A model generated the notes under the pieces. It saw nothing but the letters and a program-made list of their open reading frames with translations, did no database searches and was not told where the DNA came from. The translations under genes were made by a program, and so were the position numbers. From Camelus ferus (taxonomy: Eukaryota), in NCBI RefSeq assembly GCF_009834535.1, contig NC_045696.1, positions 112,470,001-112,534,000 of the forward strand: a DNA stretch of 64,000 nt, written 5' to 3'. Below are positions 1 through 12,950 of the stretch, in pieces (position 1 is the stretch's first letter; each line of letters begins with the position of its first letter).

Positions 1-149
1 CAAAAGATCTGGAGGTTGTGGTGAAAATTAGGTCTCCTATGGACTTCTAGACCGAGACAAACCAGAGGAAGAAGCCTCTGCCTCAAAACCTGGAGCTGTC
101 CTCCTGGGCTTTCTGCAGTCACCTCCTTTGCATAGCCAGCTCCCATCCG

Positions 150-620
150 GCCGCTCTAATTTGTTTTCTGAAATAGCTAGACTGATCTGAGCAAGTGTGA
201 TCATTTCCTCTGCTTACAGTCTTATGATGACTCTCTGTTGCCCTGAGTATAAAGATAAACTTCTGTGGAGGAGAAGGGATAGCTCAGTGGTGCTTAGCAT
301 GCACGAGGTCTTGGGTTCAATCCCCGGTACCTCCATTAAAAAAATAAAAAAATAAAGATAAGACTCCAAGATTCTATTCTATCAGGCTCTCCTGACACAG
401 CCATCCTCACCTCATCTGACTGTCTATTCCTTCTGTACAAGCCACACCTGCTCCCTTCCCCAGCTCTTTCATACCACGCTGCCTCCTGCCACAGATCTCT
501 GCATAACACAGTTCCCTCTCCATGGAATGCTCTCTGCTCCCCTCCTCTCCTAATTAACTACAATGTATCATTTCAAACCTCAGCTCAGTTGTCACTTCTT
601 CAGGGGAGCCATACCTGCAC
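150..620 (+). mobile_element. L2 LINE 3' fragment, interrupted by a SINE
   Basis: L2-like motifs gttccctctccatggaatgctct and ctcagctcagttgtcacttcttcaggggagcc; boundaries approximate. Confidence 0.6.
268..353 (+). mobile_element. tRNA-Ala-derived camelid SINE (vic-1-like) with a 9-nt internal deletion
   Basis: A box TAGCTCAGTGG 280-290, B box GGTTCAATCC 314-323, A-rich tail, imperfect TSD aaagataa..ct on both sides; homologous to copies at 26.5 and 45.6 kb. Confidence 0.9.
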
Positions 621-629
621 TCCCTTTTC

Positions 630-1262
630 AGAAAGGCAATTAAAACTATAACATGATACCACTCTAAACTCAGTGGGATGGCTAAAAAGAGATGACTGAC
701 AATACCAAGGGCTAGTAAGGATGTGGAGGAACTGGAACTCTTGTACATTGCTGTTAGAAATGCCAACTGGTGCAGCCACTTTGGAAAGTAGTTTGGCTGT
801 GTCTACTAGTGGTAAACACATACACACTTTGATCCCATAATTCCTTTCCAGTCCAATTTCACATACCCACCAAAAATGTGTACATATTTTCATTACAATA
901 CATGGACTAGAATGTTCACAGGAGCACTATTTATAATATACAGAAATAAGAAATCACTTGCATTGCTTATCAATAGCAGAAGGGATAAATCAAAGAATGG
1001 AATACTATAAAACTTATACACAACAATATAGAGGAATCTCACAAAGGTAATGTTGAGCAAAGTAAGTTGATAAACAAAAACCCCACAACAACAACAGGCA
1101 ATATGACTCCTTTTATATAAAGTTCACAAATAGAAGAAACATGTCATGTCTCATAGGTCAGGATATTGGTTACACGTTCTGTTTCTTTGTGAACATTCGT
1201 CAAGCTGTACATCTATGATTTGTCCACTTTTCTACAGGTATAATACACTTCGATAAAAAATA
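630..1262 (+). mobile_element. Ancient L1 (L1M/L1ME-type) 3' end
   Basis: aaggatgtggaggaactggaactcttgtacattgctg...cagccactttggaaagtagtttggc matches the L1 ORF2 C-terminal region; ends in an A-rich tail. Confidence 0.85.
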
Positions 1263-4200
1263 TCAAAACATCTCCATTTAAGTTCTGGAAATAACAAGTC
1301 CTTATTCTTTGTAGTACCTGTCTCTCACACTTTTACCCTTGGTTTCTGTCGTTACATGAGCAATGACTGTTTCTCCTAGAGTCTTGACTGACGTTCCATA
1401 AGTTTTGAATAATCATTACTGTCTGGAACCTAACTTATTTATCAAATATTTGATCAATTAAAAAGGACAAGTGCAGAAATGCACATTTTCACAACTAGCT
1501 ATGAATCTCTGAACCCTCGATTCTGCAATCCTGTTTCAGTAATTTGAAGCACAAAGCTGGGCACGCCAGCACTCAGTTTGTAAGGCCAGCACAGAGAGGA
1601 GTGACTCGTCTCTGGCTGGCTGGGCATTTAGTACAGTGTTGGGAACATGAGAGGTTCTGGTTTTTTTTTTGTCCTTTTTGTTGAGCAAATGGAAGACTGA
1701 ATACACTTTAAGTTGGATTAAATATCTTTCCAATGAACAATACCCTCAAATGAACAAAAACCAACAAAATGAATTCCATTTCACTTCTTTCATCCTAGTT
1801 GCAATAACCTAAGTACATAAGCTCATTTGTAAACTTTTAAGATCACAACCTTGCCAGACTCCACTTCTTACTTCTCATTACCTCTTGGGCCTAGATCCCA
1901 TGGCATCTGGTTGTTTTGATGAGTTTACAGCTTGTGAAGTAAGTTCTTAGCTCACTACAAGAAGGCACCTCAGGGCACATTTGATCTAATTGGAGGAATA
2001 GGTAATAAACTATGGCTTCCAAATGACAAGATTATAAATAAGCCAATCTTCTACTTTCCCAGTCTAGAAAAATTTGTGGACTGACTTGAACACAGAAGCT
2101 TTTAGGGAAGGAGATTAAATGATTAAATACAGATTTAGGATATTTAATTTCTTACTTTAGGATATAAAATTATATTCCATTAGTAATAAACTACTCTCGG
2201 AAATATTACTCCTGTTTCAAACAACGTTATTAACACTCCACATGCATCTTTTAAATCTGTCTTCACCATCAAGACAGCCATAGTTTCATCTCCTAAGAAT
2301 TCTCCAGAGTATCATTTTATTTCCACTGGAGATGCTGACTTTTTGAGTCTATGTAAAATGATGCTGTTGGAAAACTTAAGTCAGGCCTTCAGCACTCATT
2401 TGGACAACCTCAGGATTCATTACTTATTTATTCATTTCTGAAAGTGCTTGTGATCTCCACAACACAAGACGTGGCTCTGTTGCTTTTGAAAGTGATCTTT
2501 AAAGCCTTTTAGTTAATGAAATCCAACCCCATGTTAAATTTGTCTCTTTTCAAAAGAATGATTCTTTTCATGTGGCCCTTATCAGTATTCAAAACCAGCA
2601 TTGATGGAGAGTATGTTACGCTAATCTGGTTTCCCCAAACAGAATTTTTGGTTGTTCAAAATAAAGAGATTGTGACACTGTCCCATACATGAGATGCTTT
2701 ATAAAGTCTCAAGTATAATTCATACCTTTTATTCTAAGGACTTGTTTTGAGTGAAATTTCCATCTTATACTCAGTCACGCATACAAGGTGACATGCTCTG
2801 TGGAGGATGGAAAAGGTGATCTGTTCCCTAGGGTTTAGAGTGTGAAAGTCAGGCTGAGAGAAGCATAGACAGCTTCTTTGGGGCAGCTTTCTCAGAATCT
2901 ACTGTGACCTGTAGTCTCTTTAATTTCCAAGTCCTCGTTCTGAGTTTGGTCCTGCTGCCTAGGAAGCAAGGTTCCCCATGGAAGACTTCACAACTCAAAG
3001 TCAAACTGCAGCCCAAACCACTGGGCATGGGCTGGCCTGAGCTGGATAGCACTGCTTTCCAAAATATCCTGTCATTCTCCTTGAGTATCCTGCTGGGTAT
3101 CTTCCTAAGAAGCAAGGGAATAATGCGTGCTCTGCCACAGCCTCCTCCACCCTCCTGCTGCAGCAAAAGGGAATGGCAGTGAACGCCCTACCTGTCTGTC
3201 TTTTGAGCTCCTTGCAAGGCTTGGTTATTGTCTATGCTCCCCTCTCAGAGGCACAGATAAAAAGGTCTCATATTCACGTTCACCACACATTATGTATTAA
3301 TGCAAATTAAGCCTTCCGAACCTTGAGCTACAAAGAATTATTTTTAGAAGCTTATAAACCTTTGAAGAAACAAGTGAGGGGAATCTGGCATCACTGGCGC
3401 CCTCCCATACACCAGCTGGATTTCATGTGCTAACCACCCCTCCCCAGCCCATCCAGGGCTGCAGGGCTCCGTTCTCGCCACACGATTCTTTGTGTCCTAC
3501 AGTACACTCTCCTGTTTTCTCTCTTTCTTTTGGCTTTTCTAGCAGTCATGGTGGCTTTTTTTTTTTTTTTTGCCTTATTTTTATTTCTGTTCCACTCAAG
3601 TACAGTTCTAAATCTGATTCAACATTTTTAGGGCATTTGTTAAAAATAACAGTCGTTCAACAATACTAAGCATAAAATTCCCTCCGCAGTACAGCTCAAT
3701 GGATGCAACGGTGAGATGTTCAAATGAAGTATGACAAGGGAAGCCCACAGCTGTAATGAGAAGGTGATTTCCCAAGAGTCATCTCTCAGTTGAAGCCATT
3801 TAACTTTAAAAGTAGCTCAGTATTTGAACAAGTTCTCTTTTTCGTTCTCTTCATGGTTTAGACAGGCTGGACTTTTATGCCAATCGTAAATGTGAACAGG
3901 TTTAATTTGAAGTCTTTAGGTTTCTAAATGGGTTTGTGCATCAGTCCCTGAGCCAGGATGGTTAAGATGGAGACTGGCTGAAATGAAAGAGTTTCAAAAT
4001 ATGTGCTCCCACTTCCAATGCAGGTGAAAGTCTTTTATAACACTCATCATCAAGAAAACTTGCTATCTTAGGATAATTTAATAGGGGTAGAACTCAAGAG
4101 CTGGAAGGAATTCTAGAGTTTGACAGATTAGCAAACTTCAGCCTGGGCAGGACAGGTGCTTACCCAAGGTGAGTGAGTCATGACTTCACGCAAGGCTGTC

Positions 4201-4574
4201 CAAATTTTCTGACTTCACTTACACTGGCTTTTCTAACTGCACAGAATAACATCATCTTAACTTTTTAAATGTACTGATTTCCTCATATATCCTAGCTTTC
4301 AAGATAAAGGAGTGAATATCTCACAATTGCTTGTTATTAGTGACAGCCTTCAAAGACAGAAACAGCGTGATAAAGGGGAGACCCTTCAACTGTTAAGACT
4401 TCAAGGCATATTGTCAAGATACTAAAATTCTTGGCAATTTGCTAAAATAATCTTTCTAAACTGACTTGTGTTTCTTCCTATCAACTGCCATATTTGATGC
4501 CAGCCTACAATAACCAGTCCAACAACTGGAATTCCAGGCTGTATGAGATTGGAGTGGGAAGAATTACAATGCTT

Positions 4575-4970
4575 ATTTTTTTTTAATTGAAGTATAATCT
4601 GTTTCTGGTGTACAGCATAATGTTCCAGTCATACATATATATATATATATACACATATATTGTTTTCATATTCTTTCTATTTAAAGGTTATTATAAGATA
4701 TTGAATACAGTACCCTGTGCTATACAGAAGAAATTTGTTTTTTATCTATTCTGATATTTAGTGGTTAACATATGCAAATCTCAAACTCCCAAATTTATCC
4801 CTTCCCACCTCCTTTCCCCCAGTAACCATAAGACTGTTTACTATGGCTGTGAGTCTGTTTCTGTTTTGTAGATGAGTTCATTAGTGTCATTTTTTTTTTC
4901 CCTTGGATTCCACATATGAGGGATATCATACGGTATTTTTCTTTCTCTTTCTGGCTCACTTCACTTAGAA
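4575..4970 (-). mobile_element. Younger lineage L1 3' UTR, 5'-truncated
   Basis: poly(T) then aattgaagtata...ggtgtacagcataatgttccagtc; reverse complement matches the L1 tails at 11750-11870 and 54155-54571. Confidence 0.9.
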
Positions 4971-5779
4971 CTTTACCTACCTACACTGGTGGACAGTTTC
5001 AGGAAGTAGGATTTGACTGCATTAACTATGCTCTGTGCACAACGTGTTTGTTCACTACAACACGTCTATGCTTGCAGTGGCTGTGCCATCCATCCAGGTA
5101 GGCCCTGGAAAACAGGCCTTCTAAAACTTCAAATCTTCCTTCCTCTTAAGGATTGAGACTATTCTCTGTGATCTTTCACTTAAAAAGGAAATGATTGGCC
5201 CTGATTTGGAGGCACTAAGTTTCAGAATGCTTATTAAAAGTGTTTTTATTCTACCTTAACAGAAGAAGAATTACAGTTGACACAGTATTAACAAGCTGTC
5301 TTCCTGTTTCTATCTCATCTCCTGTCATATAGATATTCATCTTTAAACAGAAAGGGACTCGATCAATCAAATAACTGAAGTCAAGAGAGTTATTAGGTAC
5401 ACTGATTTCTTAGGATATTATCTGAAAAATGTTCCAGGTAAGTCAATGCTCTAGGGAAACCCTGACCTTCAGATTCCTTTTAAATTTTATATTTGAATTA
5501 CTGTTGATGGTAGATTTATCAAAATGGTAGAATTTTTCTTTCCTTTTTTTCCCCCTAATGAATGACTTATTTAAACTTTAGGAAGACATAGCTTGGGTTA
5601 TGTGGGGTCTATGTGGAAACAAGAAATTTTTATTAAGAGACAGAAGAGAAATTAGTCATAACTGAAGTTAATTCTCATCTTAAAGATTTGGGAGCTTAAA
5701 GACCCTGAAGGGGAAAAAGAAAGAGTCAACTGGTAAACCCCAGGGCCAGCATCCAAACATGGATGCAGTGAACTGCATT

Positions 5780-6025
5780 TTCCAATGATAGTGGCAACAG
5801 CATCCATCATCCATGTGCTCTTCTACAACATGACCCTGCCACTCCCCAGCAAGACGTGGAGTCTAACTCTCCTCTCCCTGAACCTGGTTAGTGTTAGTGA
5901 CTCACCGATAACCAATACAAAGCAGTGGAAGAGATGCTGTGTGGCTTCTAAGGCCAGGTCAGAGGATCCTTGCAACCCCTGCCTTGGTCTTTTGAAGTGG
6001 ACACTCTTTCTCAGAAGCCAGAGAT
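5780..6025 (+). mobile_element. MaLR LTR fragment (MLT1G/H-like)
   Basis: gccactccccagcaagacgtggagtct...gatgctgtgtggcttctaaggccaggtca resembles the MLT1 5' half. Confidence 0.65.
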
Positions 6026-6169
6026 GTTAGGGGATATCACGAGATAATGTAAATAAAATGCAACCGTCTGGCTAGCCAGCATCAGTATTTATTAATGCCA
6101 TCAAGAAGAGTGGAGGCGTGGCAAGAATAGGAATTCTAAGGAGGAAATTTAGGATATAGGCAACATCTC

Positions 6170-6269
6170 AAAGGGAGAGTTCAAGAAAGGGAGGTGGAGA
6201 AAAAGGAGGAGAAGGGAGAAGGGGGAGGGGAGGAGGGAGGGAGAGGAAAGGGAGAGGAGGAGGAAAAGA
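6170..6269 (+). repeat. Polypurine (GA-rich) low-complexity tract
   Basis: About 100 nt that are almost entirely G/A (GGAG/GGGA units). Confidence 0.9.
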
Positions 6270-6429
6270 CTGGGGCACAAGCATTCATATAGGTAAGATT
6301 TAAGGATAACTAAACTAGGTACCATTCAAGAGAGAGAGAGAGTAAAGACACTAACTTACCGAAGATACCGGCTGTGGAATCTGATTACAAAATGAAAACA
6401 ACACACAACCCAATGTAGAAATAAAATCA

Positions 6430-6985
6430 TATAGAATATGATGCTGGTTCATGTTTAACCAAAGGGTTCTAGTAAAACAAAAACGGCCCACAATGGTGGC
6501 CATCTAAGGTAACATTCACCTCTATTCTAACCTTCCCAATTGTTTAGACAGTCTGTGGAATTTCCCATCTCTCAAGATGGTGTTGGAGCTGCAGAAAAAC
6601 TTACTTGTGTTTAGGAATAACCCAGAAGTAGCAGAGAGAGCTACCAGATCTTGAGGACACTTGAGGATGGGAGAGAGGAATGACTTAGCACTGACCAACA
6701 TGGACCAATGGCTGAAGTCCAGATGGAATGAATGATGAACATCTCAAAGGATTTAAGTATAGGCAAATGATGCTGGAACCCCACCCTTGATTCCTGGCAC
6801 TATGTCCCTGAGGCTTGGCATGCTCTGAAGAAAAGAAATACCGTACTGACCATGATTAAATTTCTGCCACCCCAGTGGAATAGGGTTGGAGGAGGCATCA
6901 CAATACATATTAAGTTATAGTCCCCCCAAATAGATTTATATTTTCAGCACACCTGAGTATGTGGTCAGATGATTGTACCCAGTAC
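6430..6985 (+). mobile_element. Ancient ERV LTR (LTR78-like)
   Basis: Terminus ttttcagcacacctgagtatgtggtcagatgattgtacccagtaca resembles the recalled LTR78 3' end; 5' boundary uncertain. Confidence 0.45.
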
Positions 6986-7108
6986 ACTAACTTTCTTCTG
7001 AGCCCAGTCTTACAGAATAAATGATGGTTTTTATTTATGTTCTAATCAGAGTATTTCATGACAGGTGATTGAAAAATCTCAAGCCTCGTATCTTTGAATC
7101 TTCCTAAC

Positions 7109-7336
7109 CAATGGTTCTCAACATGGGACCATTCACCTCTCCCACTTGCCCCAGCAGAAATTGGTTAATGTCCAAAATTATTATTGGGTTTCATAAAGGG
7201 AGGGGGGAGGATGCTACTGGCATCTAGTGGGTCAAAGGTCAGAGATGCTGCTAAACCTACAATCCTCAGGGCAGCTTCCTATAATGAAACATTATCCAGT
7301 CTAAAATGCCAATATCACTGAGGTTGAGAAACACTG
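7109..7336 (+). mobile_element. MER20 (hAT-Charlie MITE)
   Basis: TIRs caatggttctcaac / gttgagaaacactg; internal tgctactggcatctagtgggt...gatgctgctaaac. Confidence 0.85.
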
Positions 7337-8899
7337 CTCTAACACTAATGCCCCAATAGTCCTACTGGGAAGGACATGAGTTAATGCATGAGTTAAGGTA
7401 AGAGAGACTGACAGACACAAATAAAAAACACTCTTGAAATAGCTTAATCCCAGACTCCTGTTTCACTTCTTTCATGTTCAAATTTGTAAGTACAGCGTGC
7501 TCTACATATTACTCAACAATACTAGCATTTCCCGAAGTTGTTACAAACTACACGTAGGTGACTCCTGCCTCACTTAGTATGAATTTGCCCTTGTTCAAGT
7601 CCAAACACTTGTATACTTATTCATCTAACCAACAAATAGCATGCCTCCATTTTTCTAGCAAAGATTCGAAGAACTTAATGAGGAGGTCATTGAAGAAATT
7701 AATACATTTCCAAGTTTTGGTAGAATGCCTTTCTACAAACAGAATTAAAGGAAAACCTGAAAGAATAATCCATTGAGGCCACTTGGGCTGTGGTAGAAGA
7801 AGCCAATGTGGTATGGCTGAGTATACTTATAGAGAATCAGCAATCCTTGGGCTGGCCAACATTTATAATACTTACCATCTGATATTTGTGCTTACTCTCT
7901 GTGCTGGTCCACCGACTTCCTGAGATGCTTTGCGTCTCATATTCATATGCATTTAGTCTAAAAGCACTAAGTCTATTTCATCAATGACCAGAAAGAGAAA
8001 ACATCTCCCTCCTTAGAATAACTAACAGTGTATAGAGGAATGAATGGCTTTTAAAATTTTTAGACACATCAAGAGAGAGGCTATGGGAACCAGGGTCATT
8101 CTGTTGGCAATGTCGAAACATTACAGTAGATGAATTCTTCATATCAGTGGAATTATCGACAGATCTTATTAGGGAATTTTCCATATGCCTGGTTCAGGAA
8201 AAAAAAAAATCTCTTAGACAAATGAGGAGGGGTGTCAACCAGCCTTTCCACTCTGAAGACAAAAAGATCCAGTTTATTTCACAGTTGCTTTAACAAGTTG
8301 TAAAGATAATATTCTCTCCCTATGAAAGATTCAGTTTCTGGAAAAGTGCAGAGTATTTCTCACACCTCTGCATGAAACACACTGTAATGATAAGAAATTT
8401 AGAATAAACTTAAGAATATATGAATATTAAATTCCTTGTGTTTAAAAGAGTCCAATCTATACACATTTCTCATCCCCTCCTGTGCTTTTCAATTTAATGT
8501 AAGTTACTATGATCAGCATTAATGAGTATTTTTAAGGTGAAGTCCCATCATCATATCATATGCATTTTTATTCTTTTTGCTGCAGAACTGCAATTCTTCA
8601 GCATGCTATTTATAGGAAGCCATCTGCTTATATATATACCCTCAAAGACAGATTTTTCAAGACAACAGAGCACAAATGTGGAAAGGTCCCGATTATAAGC
8701 ACTTCAAATCTGTTTGTACATAAACAAAGCTCCTTCCCTGAATGTGTCACACTCATAGAGAAATGTAAAAAGGAAGCAGTAACAGTCTTATTCTTTAGGA
8801 ACTATAAGTACACATATAAACAGTGTTATAGACAAAGCTAGATAAATATAACCAAAGTAATGAGGAGGGGAACATTTGAGGGTTATTTCTGCATTATTA

Positions 8900-9021
8900 T
8901 TCCTATAATAATATCCTAGTTTCCCTTGGGGCCACATAGCCCCTACTCCCAGTCCATATATTTCTAGTAGGTTTAATCTTATCCCCTACCTCCATGAAAG
9001 TGTAAAAGACTACTCTAGCCT
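8900..9021 (+). mobile_element. MaLR LTR 5' fragment (MLT1J/K-like); probable continuation at 12648-12950
   Basis: cccctactcccagtccatata...cccctacctcca resembles MLT1K. Confidence 0.4.
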
Positions 9022-12020
9022 AATTCAAAAACATAAAATGTGGTTGGGGGGGTGTAAAGTGTAGAGTTTTAGAATGTGTTCAAACTTAAATTGTTATTAG
9101 CATAAAATTAACTGTTATACATATAGGTTGTTATATGTAAGCTTCATGGCAACTACAAAGCAAAAACCCACAGTACATACACAAAAGGAGAAGAGAAAGG
9201 AATCTAAACATAACACTAAAGTAAAGTCACCAAACCACAAAGGGAGACAGTAAGAGAAAAAAGAAACAGAGAGGAAGTACAAAACAACCAGAAAGCAGTT
9301 AAAGTGGCAGTAAGTATAACTACTGCTAATTACTTTAAATGGAAATGAACTGATTTCTCTAACCAAAAGATGGAGTGACAGAATGGATTAAAAAGAAAGG
9401 CCCATCTTTATGCTGACTACAAGAAACTCATTTCAGATTTAAGGACACACACAGACTGAAAGTTAAGGGATTAAAAATAGATATCCCATGCAAATGGAAA
9501 CCAAAAGAAAGCTGAGGTAGCAATACTTACATCAGGCAAAATAGACTTTAAGACAAAGACTGTATAAAAAGACAAAGAAAGGTATGGCATAATGATAAAG
9601 GAGTCAATCCAACCCATCATAGGAGTACCTAATAATATACAAAGCAAATATTAACAAACATAAAGGGAGAAATAGAAAGCAATACAATAATAGTAGGGGG
9701 CTTTAATACCTCACTTACATCAATGGATCACTCAGAAGAACAAGGAAGTCTATACCTTAAAGGACATATTATACCAGATGAACTTAATAAATATGTATGT
9801 AATATTCCATCCAAAATCATCAGAATACACATTCTTAAGTGCACATGGAACATTCTCCAGGATAGATCATATATTAGGATATAAAGCAAGTCTTAATAAA
9901 TATAAGAAAATTAAAATCATAGTGATCTTTTCTGATGAAAATGGCCTGAAATTAGAAATCAATTACAAGAAGAATACTAGAAAAACCACAAATGTGTGGA
10001 GATTAAACAACATGCTAAAACCAACCAATGGGTCAACGAAGAAATTAAAAAAAAATACTTTGAGACAAACAAAAATGGAAACACAATATACCAAAGTTTA
10101 TGAGATGCAGCAAAAGCAGTTCCAAGAGGGAAGTTCATAGCAATAAATACCCATTGTAAGAAACAAGAAAACTCGAACAGTATAACTTTACACCTAAAGG
10201 AACTAGAAAGAGAAGAACAAATGAAGCCCAAAGTTAGTACAAGGAAGGAAATAAGAGAGATCAAAGCAGGAATCAATGAAATAGAGACTAAAAAGACCAG
10301 AGAAGATCAATAGAACTAAGATCTGATTCTTTGAAAAGGTGAACAAAATTGACAAACCTTTAACTAGATTCACCAAGAAAAAAGAGAGGGCTCAAGTAAA
10401 TAAAATTACAAATGAAAAAGAAGAAGTTACAATACCACAGAAATACAAACAATCACAAAAGACTATAAGGAACAAACAAATTGAACAACCTAGAAGAAAT
10501 GGATACATTCCTAGAAACATACCAACTTCCAAGACTGAATCACGAAGAAAAGAAACCTGAATAGACTGATTACTAGTAAAAAGATTAAATCAGTAATCAG
10601 AAACCTCCCAATAAAAGGGAAATCCAGGAACAAATGGTTTCACCAATAAATTCTACCCAACATTCAAAGATGAATTACTACCGATACTTCTCAAACTCTT
10701 CCCCAAAAAATGAAGTTATAAGAATGCTTCTCAACTCATTTCATGAGACCAGCATTACACCTGATATCAAGAACAGAAGAGGGTACTACAAGAAAATTAC
10801 AGGCCAATTACACCATACCCTTAATAAATAGAGAGGGAAAAATGCTTAACAAATATTAGCAAATTGAACTCAGCAATGCATTAAAATAATCATACACCAT
10901 AGTCAAGTGGGATTTATTCCAGGGATGCAAGGATGATTCAACATCTACAAATCTATCAACATGATACAACACATTAACAAAATTCAGGATAAACACTGTA
11001 GGATCTCAACAGATTCAGAAAAAGCATAAAATTCAACATATATTTATGATAAAAACTCTCAATAAAGTATAGAGGGAACATACCTCAATACAATAAAGGA
11101 CATATATGACAAGCCTACAGCTCACATCATACTCAGAGGAAAAACTTTCATCTTTTCACCATTAAGATCAAGAAGAAGACTAGGATGCCCCTCTTGTCAC
11201 TTTTATTCAACATAGTACTAGAAGTCCTAGTCAGAGCAATAAGGCAAGAAAAAGAAATAAAAGCTATCCAAATCAGAAAGGAAAAAGTAAAACTGTCCTT
11301 ATTTGAGGATGACAACATTTTTACATGTAGGAAACCCTAAAGATTTCACCGAAAAACATTAGAGCTAATAAACAAATTTAGTCAGGTTGCAGGATACAAA
11401 ATCAATACAGAAAAATCTGTTGCATTTTCCATAAACTAATAACAAACTCTAAGAAACAGAAGTTAAGAAAACAGTCCCATTTATAATTGCATCAAAAAGA
11501 ATAAAATGACCAGGAATAAATTTTTCCAAGGAGGGGAAACATCACTACATTGAAAATTACAAAACACTGATGAAAGAAATTGAAGAAGACACAAATAAAT
11601 GGAAAGATATTCTGTGTTCATAGATTAGAAGAGTTGTTAAAATGTCTATACTGCTCAGAGCAATCTGCAGATTCAGTATGATCCCTATCAACAATGCTTA
11701 GAGGGTTGATCTTAAAAGTTCTCATCATATGAAAAAAACAAAGTTTCTTAGAACATGAAAACAAATATATGTATATATATGAGTGACTGGAACATTATGC
11801 TGTATACCAGAAATTGACACATTGTAACTGACTATACTTCAATTTAAAAACAAACAAAAAAAAATAAAACAAAATTTGTAACGATTTCTTGGTGATAATA
11901 GTAACTAGGCTTATTGTGGAGATCATGTCTGTATACACAAATATTGAATCATGATGTGGCACACCTGAAACTAATCTATTATGTCAATTATACCTCCAAA
12001 AAATGTTTTTAATACAAATA
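9022..12020 (+). mobile_element. Decayed L1 (L1MA9-like 3' end): inter-ORF region, ORF2 endonuclease and RT, internal deletion, 3' UTR
   Basis: ORF 9778-10140 gives EYTFLSAHGTFSRIDHILG (L1 endonuclease); RT motifs ggatgcccctct (GCPL) near 11184 and ttatttgaggatgac (LFEDD for LFADD) near 11300; many frameshifts and stops. Confidence 0.95.
11750..11870 (+). mobile_element. Young L1 3' tail nested in the older L1 3' UTR
   Basis: gactggaacattatgctgtataccagaaattgacacattgtaactgactatacttcaatt plus A tail, matching the reverse complement of 4575-4670. Confidence 0.8.
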
Positions 12021-12024
12021 AAAA

Positions 12025-12647
12025 TACTAGCAATCTTCTATTACTGAGTAATGAACTACCCCATGACTTAGTGGCTTAAAAATGATAACTATTTTATTGA
12101 TTGTAAGTCTGTGAATCAGGGATTTGGGCAGAGCACAGTGGGACTGGACAATCTCCACTGCATGTGGCTTTGGCTGGACCTACTCATTCAGCCGCATGCT
12201 GGCACCTGGGCTCAAGCGGACACTTTCACTTAAATGGGCCCTTGGCACTGGCCGTCAGCTGGGGGAAAGAGTTCCCTGAAACTTTTCTGTTCACATTCTC
12301 TCACGTCCAGGGCCTTTCCCCCCAGGTGCCCTCTCTTTTCACAAGGACAGCATTAATTTCCTTACACGAAGTTCCCAGGAAGAAAATGAATGAAAGCAGA
12401 AGCTTCCACCACTGTTGAGAACTGGGCCCAGAACTAGCACAGCACAACTCTGGCACATTCTAAGTAAAAAACAAGGAAGTGACCAGCCCTGCCTCCAGGA
12501 ATGGGAAAAGAGACTCCATCCCTTGCTTGGGGAAAAGACATCTTGTTATACTGTTATAGAATGTCACGTTGCAAAAGAGTATGTGGAATCATGGAATTGG
12601 AAGCCATCCTTGGGGGAAAAATATGCCATTCAAAGACGTAAGCCACA
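12025..12647 (-). mobile_element. MaLR LTR (MLT1H-like)
   Basis: tattactgagtaatgaactaccccatgacttagtggcttaaaa...tctgtgaatcagggatttgggcagagcacag is the reverse of an MLT1 3' end. Confidence 0.8.
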
Positions 12648-12950
12648 TGGCAAGCAGGAAAAAAGTGTTCTGTTTCTGCTTGAAGTGACAAGGGCACAAA
12701 ATGTACATCTAGAGTTGCTGGCTGCCATTTTCACACGAGTAGGGACCTGCCTGAGAATGGAGAGAACCCAGAGCCGAGAGAGGGAGAAAGTTCGACAAAG
12801 TCCAGACATATCATTTAGGCACCTCAACAAGACCATTCCTGAGCCTAAACCTATCCTGGACTTCCTAATTTTTTGATTCAAGAAGTCCTCTTTTATGTTG
12901 AAGTCAGTTTTAGTTGTGTTGCTTATCGTGGGAACAATCTTGAATGACAC
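12648..12950 (+). mobile_element. MaLR LTR 3' part (MLT1K-like)
   Basis: gagttgctggctgccattttc...cctgcctgagaatggag...ctggacttcc...aatgacaca. Confidence 0.7.

Noticed and set aside
9778..10831. ORFs resembling endonuclease/reverse transcriptase protein
   Set aside because: Frameshifted fragments of a dead L1 ORF2, not a novel RT system
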